A stretch of 64,000 nucleotides of DNA from a virus: positions 49,637 through 113,636 of IMG/VR virus record IMGVR_UViG_3300031673_008942. One strand, 5' to 3'. Numbering within the stretch: position 1 is the first letter of the stretch; every line of letters begins with the position of its first letter. The notes below the pieces were generated by a model that was not told where the DNA came from, made no database searches, and worked only from the letters and a program-made list of their open reading frames with translations. The position numbers and the translations under genes were made by a program. Shown here one piece after another: positions 19,626 through 27,783 of this stretch.

Positions 19626-20274
19626 TAAGATAGAAATACCTGAAGATAAGGTGGAGAGATTTTGGGTTTTGGTGCTTATGTTTGCTCAAGAGATGGGTAT
19701 TGAAGACCACAAAGATGTTTATCATAATGTTGAGCTTTTGGGAAAGAGTGTGGAAAGACACATTGTTGAAAGGAATCTTCCTATTTCTCCTCAGAAGAAG
19801 GTGAGTCGTTCCAGGGCGACGTTTATTGCTATATTTAAGAAGAGGTATTTACAGCTTACAGATTGTGAGTATACCCGAATCATAACGGCCGCCGAAGGCA
19901 AACTTATAAATCAAATAAATAAAAGCCTCCGAGAGAGAGATTTTGATTGTAATGATTATTTAAGGTGGCTTTTTGAGGATTTTTTACCCGATAATAAGAG
20001 ACTGTGTCCTCCATCTATTAAGCAGATATGTGCCAGATTTTATGTTGACAAATTTTTCTTTGAATATAAAGACGAAGCGAAAGAGCGGAAGACGACCAAG
20101 TTGAAACAATCAGAATCTGAGGATTTGGCTAATAGGTGTAGAGCCTTGGTTCGTGGTCCTGCACAGAAGATTAAGGATGAGATTCGTAAGGTAGTCTCTG
20201 ATTATAAAGATGGAAAAATATTTTTAGAGGATTTGCGTAAAAAAGTTGAAACTTGGGAAGGAGAATATAAATGA
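19612..20274 (+). CDS. hypothetical protein (replication module)
   Basis: 220-aa ORF overlapping both neighbours. Confidence 0.7.
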   Translation: MNEIDKIEIPEDKVERFWVLVLMFAQEMGIEDHKDVYHNVELLGKSVERHIVERNLPISPQKKVSRSRATFIAIFKKRYLQLTDCEYTRIITAAEGKLINQINKSLRERDFDCNDYLRWLFEDFLPDNKRLCPPSIKQICARFYVDKFFFEYKDEAKERKTTKLKQSESEDLANRCRALVRGPAQKIKDEIRKVVSDYKDGKIFLEDLRKKVETWEGEYK

Positions 20275-20858
20275 GTGATGTGATAAATAATATTGAAAAT
20301 TCTTGTGACTCGATGGGCACTATTGATTTGTCAGGTATAAAGCTTGAAAGTGCGGACCCTCGTCTTCTGGATGTGGGAGAGTTAGATATTGACCGGCATG
20401 TTGCCATGCAACCATCCGCAATGGCTTATTATGGTTCTTTGTTAAAAGAGTCTGGTCGAAGTCTTGGTACTTATAAGAAGGATACGGAAAGGTGGGAAAA
20501 GAAACAATTTGCGGTAGCAAAAGCTAATTTGACGGCATCCTCATCTACGAAACCGGTCAAGGAAGAAGTGGAGGCAAGATTTTATGTTGATAATGAAAAA
20601 GAGATTGCCCATAGAGATAAGACTCTGGATGGTCTTCAGAAGCAATATGACCTTCTTTCTGTATGGTTTGAAGCATGGAAGCAGAAGGGTTTCAGTATCA
20701 AAGAGTATGTTGATATTGGCGAGAATGAGCGATATAGCGTGAATGCTAGTCTTAAGGAAAAAAATGTGGGAAATGCGATTACTCCTGAAAAGAAAAAGAA
20801 GATACGGGATATAATAGGTAATAAGAAAAAGCGTCCTCATGGTGGGGTCGAGAATTAG
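20271..20858 (+). CDS. UvsY-like recombination mediator / coiled-coil protein
   Basis: 'DIDRHVAMQPSAMAYYG' followed by a long coiled coil; sits before ssb and recA. Confidence 0.5.
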   Translation: MSDVINNIENSCDSMGTIDLSGIKLESADPRLLDVGELDIDRHVAMQPSAMAYYGSLLKESGRSLGTYKKDTERWEKKQFAVAKANLTASSSTKPVKEEVEARFYVDNEKEIAHRDKTLDGLQKQYDLLSVWFEAWKQKGFSIKEYVDIGENERYSVNASLKEKNVGNAITPEKKKKIRDIIGNKKKRPHGGVEN

Positions 20859-20886
20859 GCAAACAGAACTAGGCGACGAACTAGGC
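20852..20886 (+). promoter_or_regulatory. three direct repeats GAA(T/C)TAGGC in the ssb leader
   Basis: GAATTAGGC 20852-60, GAACTAGGC 20866-74, GAACTAGGC 20878-86. Confidence 0.55.
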
Positions 20887-20911
20887 AAAGTAAAGTAGAG
20901 AGGTAACAAAC

Positions 20912-21961
20912 ATGTCAGTACTTGACAAAATTGCGAAGTTGAAAGAACGGGCTCCCAAGAGGAACAATTCTAGAATGAGCGGTATTTTCCATGATTATGA
21001 AGATGGGGATAATATCCTCCGATTAGTGGGAAATTTTGTAGAGGTTAGCACCCATTTTATTGCTCCGGTACCTAAGCGGAAGGAGCGTGGACTGTGTCAG
21101 GAAGATGCTTTTCAGGGTGACAATAAGATTCCAAAAGTAATCAATTGTCTTGATTGGGATTTGGAGAAGGAAGAAAAGCGTAAGGTTAAGGTTTGCCCTA
21201 TTTGCAAACTTAATAAAATTTCTTACAAGATAATGGATGAAATAGAAGAAGAAGTTGGTGGTAAGGATAAGCTAGATGATATTGACAATGCAGAGCTTAA
21301 AAAGCAGTATGATAATTATAAGGCTTTGGCTTCTCTTGCTCGTGCTCGTACATATTTGAAGTGGAACGTTATCGACCGTGATAATCCAGAGATTAAGATA
21401 ACATCCGAGGATGGGAAGGAAGAGAAAAAGCTTGGTTTGAAGATTGCAACAGTTGGCTCTGAAGCTTGGGGGGATATTGAAGGCATTTTTGACCAATGTG
21501 GTATCGACATTACTGACCCTGATGATGGTATTGATATTTGTGTCAAGAAAGGGCATAACGGTGCTCGTGTAGCTTACAGTGCTCAGGCTGTGATTGAAGG
21601 AACTGGCTTGAAGACTACTCCTTTTACGGCTGAGGAGAGGGCGTTGGAAGAGCATAATATTTTAGCCATTTGTGGCAAGCAGACTGATGCTGGTTTGGTT
21701 CTTGATGGGCTTCATGGTGATTACCGTGAGCTTTTGGACCTTAATGATGAGGGGGCTGAAGTTGCTGAAGTTGCTGAAGTTGCTGAAGTTGCTGAAGTTG
21801 CTGAAGTTGCTGCTAAGGAAGAACCTAAAGTTGAGACTAAAGTTGAGGCTACTCCTAAGAAAGCTGTGGCTGAAAAGTCCAAGGAAGTTTCTGTTGATGA
21901 CGTCGAAGAAGATGACGAATTCGATGACTTCCTTGATGGTGATGACGAAAAAAAAAATTAA
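20912..21961 (+). CDS. gp32-like single-stranded DNA-binding protein
   Basis: 'NILRLV', 'CPIC', 'WNVIDRD', 'DITDPDDGIDICVKK', very acidic C-tail; adjacent to recA. Confidence 0.75.
   Translation: MSVLDKIAKLKERAPKRNNSRMSGIFHDYEDGDNILRLVGNFVEVSTHFIAPVPKRKERGLCQEDAFQGDNKIPKVINCLDWDLEKEEKRKVKVCPICKLNKISYKIMDEIEEEVGGKDKLDDIDNAELKKQYDNYKALASLARARTYLKWNVIDRDNPEIKITSEDGKEEKKLGLKIATVGSEAWGDIEGIFDQCGIDITDPDDGIDICVKKGHNGARVAYSAQAVIEGTGLKTTPFTAEERALEEHNILAICGKQTDAGLVLDGLHGDYRELLDLNDEGAEVAEVAEVAEVAEVAEVAAKEEPKVETKVEATPKKAVAEKSKEVSVDDVEEDDEFDDFLDGDDEKKN
21755..21808 (+). repeat. perfect tandem repeat (GCTGAAGTT)6, encoding (AEV)6
   Basis: Read directly. Confidence 0.95.
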
Positions 21962-22027
21962 CTCAACAGCCTAAGTCTAGGGTGGAGGTTCCGAAGAAAG
22001 AAGTATCGGAGCCTCTACCCAGGGCTG
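21948..22027 (+). promoter_or_regulatory. candidate -1 programmed frameshift signal (A10 slippery run plus stem-loop)
   Basis: GAA AAA AAA AAT TAA at the ssb end; 15-bp stem 21980-21994/22006-22020 with basal extension 21967-72/22022-27. Confidence 0.7.
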
Positions 22028-22197
22028 ACGTTTCTGTTGAGCTTCCTGAGAATCAAGAAAAGTCCGAATTCAACTGGGAAAATGTTAATCCTGCTGAAGA
22101 CTGGCCATGTTGGACTGAGTATGATTCCTCTGATTCCGAGTGTAAGGAGTGCCCTTTCAAGGCAGATTGTTCCAAAGAGGCTGGTGTTCCACTTTAA
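21949..22197 (+). CDS. -1 frame ORF with C-terminal Cys4 Zn-finger-like motif (probable frameshift extension of SSB)
   Basis: Frame is open from the A-run (previous stop TGA 21943-45); 'CWTEYDSSDSECKECPFKADC'. Confidence 0.7.
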   Translation, partial: KKKLTQQPKSRVEVPKKEVSEPLPRADVSVELPENQEKSEFNWENVNPAEDWPCWTEYDSSDSECKECPFKADCSKEAGVPL

Positions 22198-22215
22198 TGT
22201 ATTTGGAGGTTTAAG

Positions 22216-23448
22216 ATGGCAAAAAAAGAATTAAAAAAATTAACTCGTGAAGAACGCATTCAGAAGATTTGTGAAACTGTCAATAAGGGTCAGTTTGGGG
22301 GTGAGAATAAAGATGCGGTAACTTACTTGGGTTCCAGGGAAGTTAAGAAGATTGGTCGTTTTTGTACCGGGTCTCCAGATTTGGATGCTGCCCTTGGGGG
22401 CGGTCTTCCTGTGGGTAGGTTTATTGAATTATTTGGAGCAGAATCTTCAGGTAAGACCACCTTGTGTTATCACATCATGAAAGAATTTCAAAAAGCTTAT
22501 CCTGAGGATGAGATTGCTTTGATTGATAGTGAATATGCCTTTGATGAGGTGTATGCTGAGCAGATAGGGTTAAATACAAAATATCTTATTGTTAATCAGC
22601 CCGAACATGGTGAGCAGGCGATGAATGTAATGGGGCAGTTGATAACTTTAGGGACTCGGCTGATTATTGTTGATTCTGTAGCAGGTTTAACAACTAAGGC
22701 CGAGATGGAAGGGGAGTATGGGGCTTCTCATGTCGCTCAATTGGCTCGATTGATGAGCAATTCGTTAAAGAAATTGGCGCAAGCGGCTGGAAGAACCGAG
22801 ACCACAATCATTTTTACCAATCAGATGCGTGACAAGATTGGGGTGACTTATGGAGACAAGAGTACGACTCCAGGGGGTAATGCTTTAAAGTTCTATGCTA
22901 GTGTTCGAATTAATCTTAGAAGGATGGATTCCGAGACTGAGACTGTTAATGGGCAAAAGGTTCGTATTAGTAATAGAGTTCGGGCTGAGGTTAAAAAGAA
23001 CAAGACTGCTCCTCCATTTCGTAGTGCCGATTTTCATATTACTTTTGGTATTGGGATTGATGAGGTTGGTGCCTTTTTTACATCAGCTATTACAAAGGGA
23101 ATTATTGACAAGAAAGGTGCTTGGTTTAGCTACGATGGAGAGAATCTTGGACAAGGTCAGGTTGCTTCAATTGAGGCTGTTAGGAATAACGAGATTCTGT
23201 GGGAGTCAATAAAAAATGCGGTCTTGTCTTGCACTGACGAGGAAGCGGAAACGGAAACGGAAACGGAAACGGAAACGGAAGAGCCTGAATCTCCTGAGGA
23301 AAAGCCAAAGGCTCCTATTAAGAAACCATCTATTTCTAAGTCTAAGGAAGGAACCAAGGCCAGCGATTCTGTTGTTGAGAAAGTAGCAGTAGAGGATGAT
23401 GACTTTGATGACCTTCTAGATGATGATGTCGAGGTTGATGATGTCTAA
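22216..23448 (+). CDS. recA: RecA recombinase with long acidic tail
   Basis: 'GAESSGKTT', 'IVDSVA', 'NQMRDKIGV.YG', 'GGNALKFYASVR', 'KVKKNK'-like 'VKKNKTAPPF'. Confidence 0.97.
   Translation: MAKKELKKLTREERIQKICETVNKGQFGGENKDAVTYLGSREVKKIGRFCTGSPDLDAALGGGLPVGRFIELFGAESSGKTTLCYHIMKEFQKAYPEDEIALIDSEYAFDEVYAEQIGLNTKYLIVNQPEHGEQAMNVMGQLITLGTRLIIVDSVAGLTTKAEMEGEYGASHVAQLARLMSNSLKKLAQAAGRTETTIIFTNQMRDKIGVTYGDKSTTPGGNALKFYASVRINLRRMDSETETVNGQKVRISNRVRAEVKKNKTAPPFRSADFHITFGIGIDEVGAFFTSAITKGIIDKKGAWFSYDGENLGQGQVASIEAVRNNEILWESIKNAVLSCTDEEAETETETETETEEPESPEEKPKAPIKKPSISKSKEGTKASDSVVEKVAVEDDDFDDLLDDDVEVDDV
23246..23280 (+). repeat. perfect hexamer tandem (CGGAAA)~6, encoding an ET repeat
   Basis: Read directly. 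Confidence 0.95.
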
Positions 23449-24388
23449 ACCTCCCAAGTTATTATTAATTGACGGTAGTAACCTTTGTTTTAGAGAGTTC
23501 TTTTCTAAAAAGAATCTTTCCCATAAGGGTAAGTCTGTGGATGTCCTTTTTGGTACATTTAAGAGCCTTATAAGCTATCACAAAGAATGGGAAGATTACT
23601 TTCGAGTGATAGCGTGGGAGGGAGGGTATGCCAGGAGACTGGAAGAATCTGAGCTTGCCAAAGAGAAGGGTATTGTCCCAGAGTCTTATAAGGAGAATAG
23701 GAGAAAGGCAGCGGAGGAAAGGACAGATGATGAGCTTGAGTCGCTTTTTGAGCAAATGGACCAATTAAAAGAAGATGCCTTCCCTTTGACCAATATTCTT
23801 CAGGCGAGAGTTAGGGGGTATGAGGCAGATGATGTTATTTATACTTATGCGAAGTGGGCTGAAAAGCGTGGAGGGGAGGCCATTATTATAAGTAGTGATA
23901 AGGATTTTTTTCAATGTCTTAGCCCTAATGTAAAAGTATATGATGCTCGAACGAAAGAGATGTGGACAGAAGAGCGTTTTGAATTGGATTTTGGATTTTC
24001 ACCCAAGTTGTGGGTTGAGGTTGGTGCCATTGAAGGGGAGATAGGGCCATCTAAGGATAATATTTTTGGAGTTGATGGGTGGGGGATAAAGACGGCTGTT
24101 AAATACATGAGCGAGCATGGGAGCATTGAGGGAATAGAAAATGCATTGAATGCCTTAGAGCCCCACATCGAGGGAAAGACTAGGAAGGGGCATCGTAAGA
24201 AGCGTGAGGAAGTTTTTATAAAAAGCAAAGAACGTCTAAGGCTGGCAAGGTCGTTAAAGCAGATGGATATCGCACCTGGAGTACCCAAATTGCGAATTTC
24301 TCATAACACAGATGAGGATGCCCTGAAGAAGTTTTTTCTTCAATACGGTTTTGCAAGTTTGTTGAAGGAAGCATGGAGGCTTGTGTGA
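23441..24388 (+). CDS. 5'-3' exonuclease / flap endonuclease (PolA N-terminal / T4 RNase H-like)
   Basis: 'LLIDGSN', 'YKENR', 'YEADDVI', 'SSDKDF', 'DNIFGVDGWGIKTA'; likely start at ATG 23441. Confidence 0.9.
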   Translation: MSKPPKLLLIDGSNLCFREFFSKKNLSHKGKSVDVLFGTFKSLISYHKEWEDYFRVIAWEGGYARRLEESELAKEKGIVPESYKENRRKAAEERTDDELESLFEQMDQLKEDAFPLTNILQARVRGYEADDVIYTYAKWAEKRGGEAIIISSDKDFFQCLSPNVKVYDARTKEMWTEERFELDFGFSPKLWVEVGAIEGEIGPSKDNIFGVDGWGIKTAVKYMSEHGSIEGIENALNALEPHIEGKTRKGHRKKREEVFIKSKERLRLARSLKQMDIAPGVPKLRISHNTDEDALKKFFLQYGFASLLKEAWRLV

Positions 24389-24981
24389 ATTCTAAGTATA
24401 TCTCTCTGAAAAGAGATGCAACAATTATTCGGGTCGAGGATGGTGGATATAGCTTAGAATTGGGAGAAATGAATCCTGTGATTGTGGATGAGTTTTCTGA
24501 AGAGGTTTTAGAAAGGGAATTGCATCCGGTAATTTGGGAACCATTCGCGGGACATACTGGTGAGAGCAATGCTCAAAATATGGCTGAAGATGTAGGGGTT
24601 CGTTTAATTAGTTATGATTTGGAGCCTTCCGATAATAGAGTTTTGTGTCGGGATAGTACCGAGATTGGCCCAGAGCAGCTTTGTGGAGGGGTTATCTTTC
24701 ACCCTCCTTATTTTGGTTCGGTGTTTTCAGAAAAGGATGGAGAAGTTTCTCGAAATTATGATAAGTATGAATACATAAAGAAGTTGGGTAAGACTGTTAA
24801 TTTTTGTAGAGAATATCTTCAAAAAGGTGGATTAGTCTGCGCAGTCGCTCGTGATTATAGAAATCATGGTAAGCGTATAAGATTGGATGAGTGGTTTTTG
24901 GAGTTGTTTGAGAATAAGTCTTTTAATTTGGTGGATGTATGGCTGAGTGAGCCAGATGTTGTATTAATATTGGAGAAATAA
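24373..24981 (+). CDS. small N4/N6 DNA-methyltransferase-like protein
   Basis: Motif-I-like 'WEPFAGHTG' followed by catalytic-like 'IFHPPYF'. Confidence 0.55.
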   Translation: MEACVNSKYISLKRDATIIRVEDGGYSLELGEMNPVIVDEFSEEVLERELHPVIWEPFAGHTGESNAQNMAEDVGVRLISYDLEPSDNRVLCRDSTEIGPEQLCGGVIFHPPYFGSVFSEKDGEVSRNYDKYEYIKKLGKTVNFCREYLQKGGLVCAVARDYRNHGKRIRLDEWFLELFENKSFNLVDVWLSEPDVVLILEK

Positions 24982-25529
24982 TGGGTTATAGGATTGGAAT
25001 ATTTGGATGCGCAGGAACGGGTAAGTCAACGGTAGGCGAGGCATTGGCTACAAAACTCGATATTCCTTTTTATGCTTCGAAGGATATTACTAAAGAAATA
25101 TTAGAGAGAGATGGTTATGATTATGGGGGAGGCATCCAGGTTGAGAAGTTTTTAGCAGCCGGAGGACGCCAAATTGAGATTATGGAGAGAACATTGGAAG
25201 TTCAAGAGGCTGATAAGGATTGGATTACTGATAGAACATTATTGGATTTGGCATCTTATGCGGTATTGGAGTTGGCTTATAGCGACACTAAGCTTTTGAG
25301 GAAGATATATGATAGGTGTGAGCAAAATATTGGGATTTATACCCATTTATTTTTGGCACCTTGGACGGATGTGACGCCTAATCAAAATCAGAAGCGGACG
25401 TTGAATCCATGGTATCAATTTCAAATACATTCAATGGTGGTTTCTTTAGTTCGCCAGTGGGGTGTGGAATGTCATGTATTGGAAGAAGATGGTGAGAAGC
25501 GAGTTCAGGAAGTCGTTGCTTTTCTGTAA
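24981..25529 (+). CDS. P-loop nucleotide kinase (NadR/AAA_28-like)
   Basis: 'GCAGTGKST', 'ITDRTLLD'. Confidence 0.75.
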   Translation: MGYRIGIFGCAGTGKSTVGEALATKLDIPFYASKDITKEILERDGYDYGGGIQVEKFLAAGGRQIEIMERTLEVQEADKDWITDRTLLDLASYAVLELAYSDTKLLRKIYDRCEQNIGIYTHLFLAPWTDVTPNQNQKRTLNPWYQFQIHSMVVSLVRQWGVECHVLEEDGEKRVQEVVAFL

Positions 25530-25551
25530 TCCAAGATTTTAACAATTTATT

Positions 25552-25582
25552 TATAATTTTCCCCTTGATATAGGAGGAAAAT
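25552..25582 (+). promoter_or_regulatory. TATAAT plus hairpin occluding an AGGAGG RBS
   Basis: ATTTTCCCCT-TGATAT-AGGAGGAAAAT before GTG 25587. Confidence 0.45.
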
Positions 25583-25586
25583 ATTT

Positions 25587-25985
25587 GTGTTTGATAAAAC
25601 TGGAAATTTACCTTTGCGGTCTCGTAGAGATTATGCCAAAGAAGACCAGACCAATAAGCCGCAAGACTATACACAAGAAGAACTTATGGAAAAGGCAAAA
25701 GAGACCACTGGGGTAGTCCCCGCAGGTTGGCGGCTTCCTCAGGGGGATATTATGGCTTCAAATGATTACTTAAACACTCCTCCTACTAAGTTAAATAGAG
25801 ACATTAAAAAGACCAAAAATAAGCATGAGAAGGCGGAAATGGAAGAAGCCTTGGATGCTTGGAGGACGGTAGTCCCAGGTCCATTTATTAAATCAAGTGA
25901 GGCTAATGTAAGGCAGGCTTATGAGCTTGTGGCATTGGCGAAGAGTATTATTGCCAATGAGCATAATTTTAATGTAGGAGTATGA
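25587..25985 (+). CDS. hypothetical protein with C-terminal 'AxELxxxAKxxxA' tag
   Basis: AGGAGG SD; 'RQAYELVALAKSIIAN'. Confidence 0.7.
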   Translation: MFDKTGNLPLRSRRDYAKEDQTNKPQDYTQEELMEKAKETTGVVPAGWRLPQGDIMASNDYLNTPPTKLNRDIKKTKNKHEKAEMEEALDAWRTVVPGPFIKSSEANVRQAYELVALAKSIIANEHNFNVGV

Positions 25986-25986
25986 A

Positions 25987-27255
25987 ATGAGTGATGATAA
26001 AAACTTGCCTCGTAGTCAATGGGCTACCTCTAAACCAGGAACTGAATCTGAGCCTGTAGTTGAGCCTGTAGTTGAGCCTGTAGTTGAGCCTGTAGTTGAA
26101 GATATTATTAATGATAGTGGGATGGATGATTTTATGATTGATATGCCAGATATCCCTGAGATTGATGATTCATCTGAGCCAACTGGAATCGTTGAAGATG
26201 AGTGTGATACTGCTTTTGATTTTTGTTTTATTGGAACAGGGCAGGGTGGTAGCCGTGTTGCTGAATCTTTCTGGAAGTTAGGGTATCGTCGAGTTTGCTG
26301 TATCAATACAACAAATCAAGACCTTACTGCTATTGATATCCCGGAAGCTAATAAACTTGTTATTGGTGATGGGGGAGCTGGTAAGGAAATGGCAAAAGGC
26401 GAAGAAGCTGCAAGGACAAATTATGAGAATATTTATGATTTGATGAAACGCTGTTTCGGAAAGAAGTTTGATAGGATTTTTGTTTGTATCGGGGCTGGTG
26501 GTGGGACTGGCAGCGGAACAGGTGATACAGTTATCAATATTGCTCATGATATAGCTCAGTCTTCCAAGATAGAGGAAGAAGGTGGAACATCAGCGGTTGG
26601 GGTGATTGCCTCGCTTCCAAAGACTGCTGAAGGAGTAAAGGTTAATGCAAATGCTCACGTTGTTATGGAGAGTTTATTTGCTCAAGCTGATGCAAAGACT
26701 ATCAGTCCATTGGTTATCTTGGATAATGAGAAGATTGGAGAGGTTTTCCCGAATGTGACTGTTAATAAGTTTTGGGATGTGGCTAACCGTAATTTGGCTA
26801 GTTTGTTTAATCTGTTTAATACGATTGCAACTAAGGATAGTCCTTATACTACTTTTGATAGAGCAGACCTGAAAGATATATTGGATGGAGGCACTTTAAG
26901 TTTTGGAGCTTGTCCAATCAAGCAGTGGCAGAAGCTAACGGATATTAGTTTTTCTATTCGTGATAACCTGACCAGAAATGTTTTGGTTGCTGGTTTTGAT
27001 TTTAAGAAGGCTCAAAAAGCTGCTTGTGTTTTTATTGGTCATCCAGATGTGTTGGGCAATATCCCTCAAAATTTCTTAGAACATGGTTTTGAAATGCTTT
27101 CCCGTACAATGGCTGATGACAGTGTTGTTCATCGTGGTATTTACCCCGGTGGTAGAGAAGGGATTGTTGTATATACGATGATGGGAGGCTTAGGTCGTCC
27201 TGAGGAACGGATGAGCGAGATTGCTAAAATAGGCAGAATTAATTCAGGAGAATAA
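25987..27255 (+). CDS. tubulin/FtsZ-superfamily GTPase (TubZ/CetZ/PhuZ-like)
   Basis: 'GTGQGG', 'INTT..DL', 'GGAGK', signature 'GGGTGSG', 'LDNE', T7-like 'FDRADL'. Confidence 0.92.
   Translation: MSDDKNLPRSQWATSKPGTESEPVVEPVVEPVVEPVVEDIINDSGMDDFMIDMPDIPEIDDSSEPTGIVEDECDTAFDFCFIGTGQGGSRVAESFWKLGYRRVCCINTTNQDLTAIDIPEANKLVIGDGGAGKEMAKGEEAARTNYENIYDLMKRCFGKKFDRIFVCIGAGGGTGSGTGDTVINIAHDIAQSSKIEEEGGTSAVGVIASLPKTAEGVKVNANAHVVMESLFAQADAKTISPLVILDNEKIGEVFPNVTVNKFWDVANRNLASLFNLFNTIATKDSPYTTFDRADLKDILDGGTLSFGACPIKQWQKLTDISFSIRDNLTRNVLVAGFDFKKAQKAACVFIGHPDVLGNIPQNFLEHGFEMLSRTMADDSVVHRGIYPGGREGIVVYTMMGGLGRPEERMSEIAKIGRINSGE
26050..26097 (+). repeat. perfect tandem repeat (GAGCCTGTAGTT)4, encoding (EPVV)4
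   Basis: Read directly. Confidence 0.95.
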
Positions 27256-27257
27256 TT

Positions 27258-27518
27258 ATGGGTACTTATAGACCAAACGTTACAGATAAAGAACAAGCTG
27301 ATATAGAAGCAGCAGCGGATGATTCTGCGATTCGTCTTCAGTGGTTTAATGGCAAGAAAGTGCAAGAGGGTGAAACCAAGCTTATTAAGGCTTACGATAA
27401 TCAAAATTCCACTAATGATAATGGAAGCCCGAATGACACTGTAAAATCATTAAATGGCAGTACTATTGGAAGTCATAATGATAATATTAGTAGTTTTGCG
27501 ACTCCTGGTAAGGCTTAG
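27258..27518 (+). CDS. small hypothetical protein
   Basis: AGGAG SD; directly follows the tubulin gene. Confidence 0.65.
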   Translation: MGTYRPNVTDKEQADIEAAADDSAIRLQWFNGKKVQEGETKLIKAYDNQNSTNDNGSPNDTVKSLNGSTIGSHNDNISSFATPGKA

Positions 27519-27540
27519 TTTTTCATAAAAGCGAATACGC

Positions 27541-27580
27541 ATTATCTCTTTCCCGTATATAATGGGGTAAAGGAGATGAT
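27541..27580 (+). promoter_or_regulatory. hairpin with TATAAT at the apex, occluding an AAGGAG RBS
   Basis: ATTATCTCTTTCCC-GTATATAAT-GGGGTAAAGGAGATGAT before ATG 27583. Confidence 0.55.
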
Positions 27581-27582
27581 TT

Positions 27583-27783
27583 ATGGATTTTGATACTGCG
27601 TGCCAAACTGAGATACCTTTTGGTAAATATTCTGGAAAGAATTTGTGGGATATTCTTCAAAAAGACCCCAAATATGTAGATTATATGTGTGGAATGAGTC
27701 TTTATGGAAAATTTAAAGAGGCGTTGGATGTTTTTGTTAAGAATTCAGATGTTTCTCGCAAAATAGACTTGGCTCTTGATTGA
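27583..27783 (+). CDS. small 'PFGKY' domain protein (ExoX C-terminal / DUF3820-like)
   Basis: 'IPFGKYSGKNL..I...DPKYVDYM'. Confidence 0.7.
   Translation: MDFDTACQTEIPFGKYSGKNLWDILQKDPKYVDYMCGMSLYGKFKEALDVFVKNSDVSRKIDLALD

Noticed and set aside
25987-27255. Nucleus-forming phiKZ-like phage, or cellular ftsZ
   Set aside because: No chimallin or multisubunit RNAP seen in the window, no dcw-cluster genes, and no FtsZ C-terminal peptide; DnaE plus sigma indicates a different lineage.
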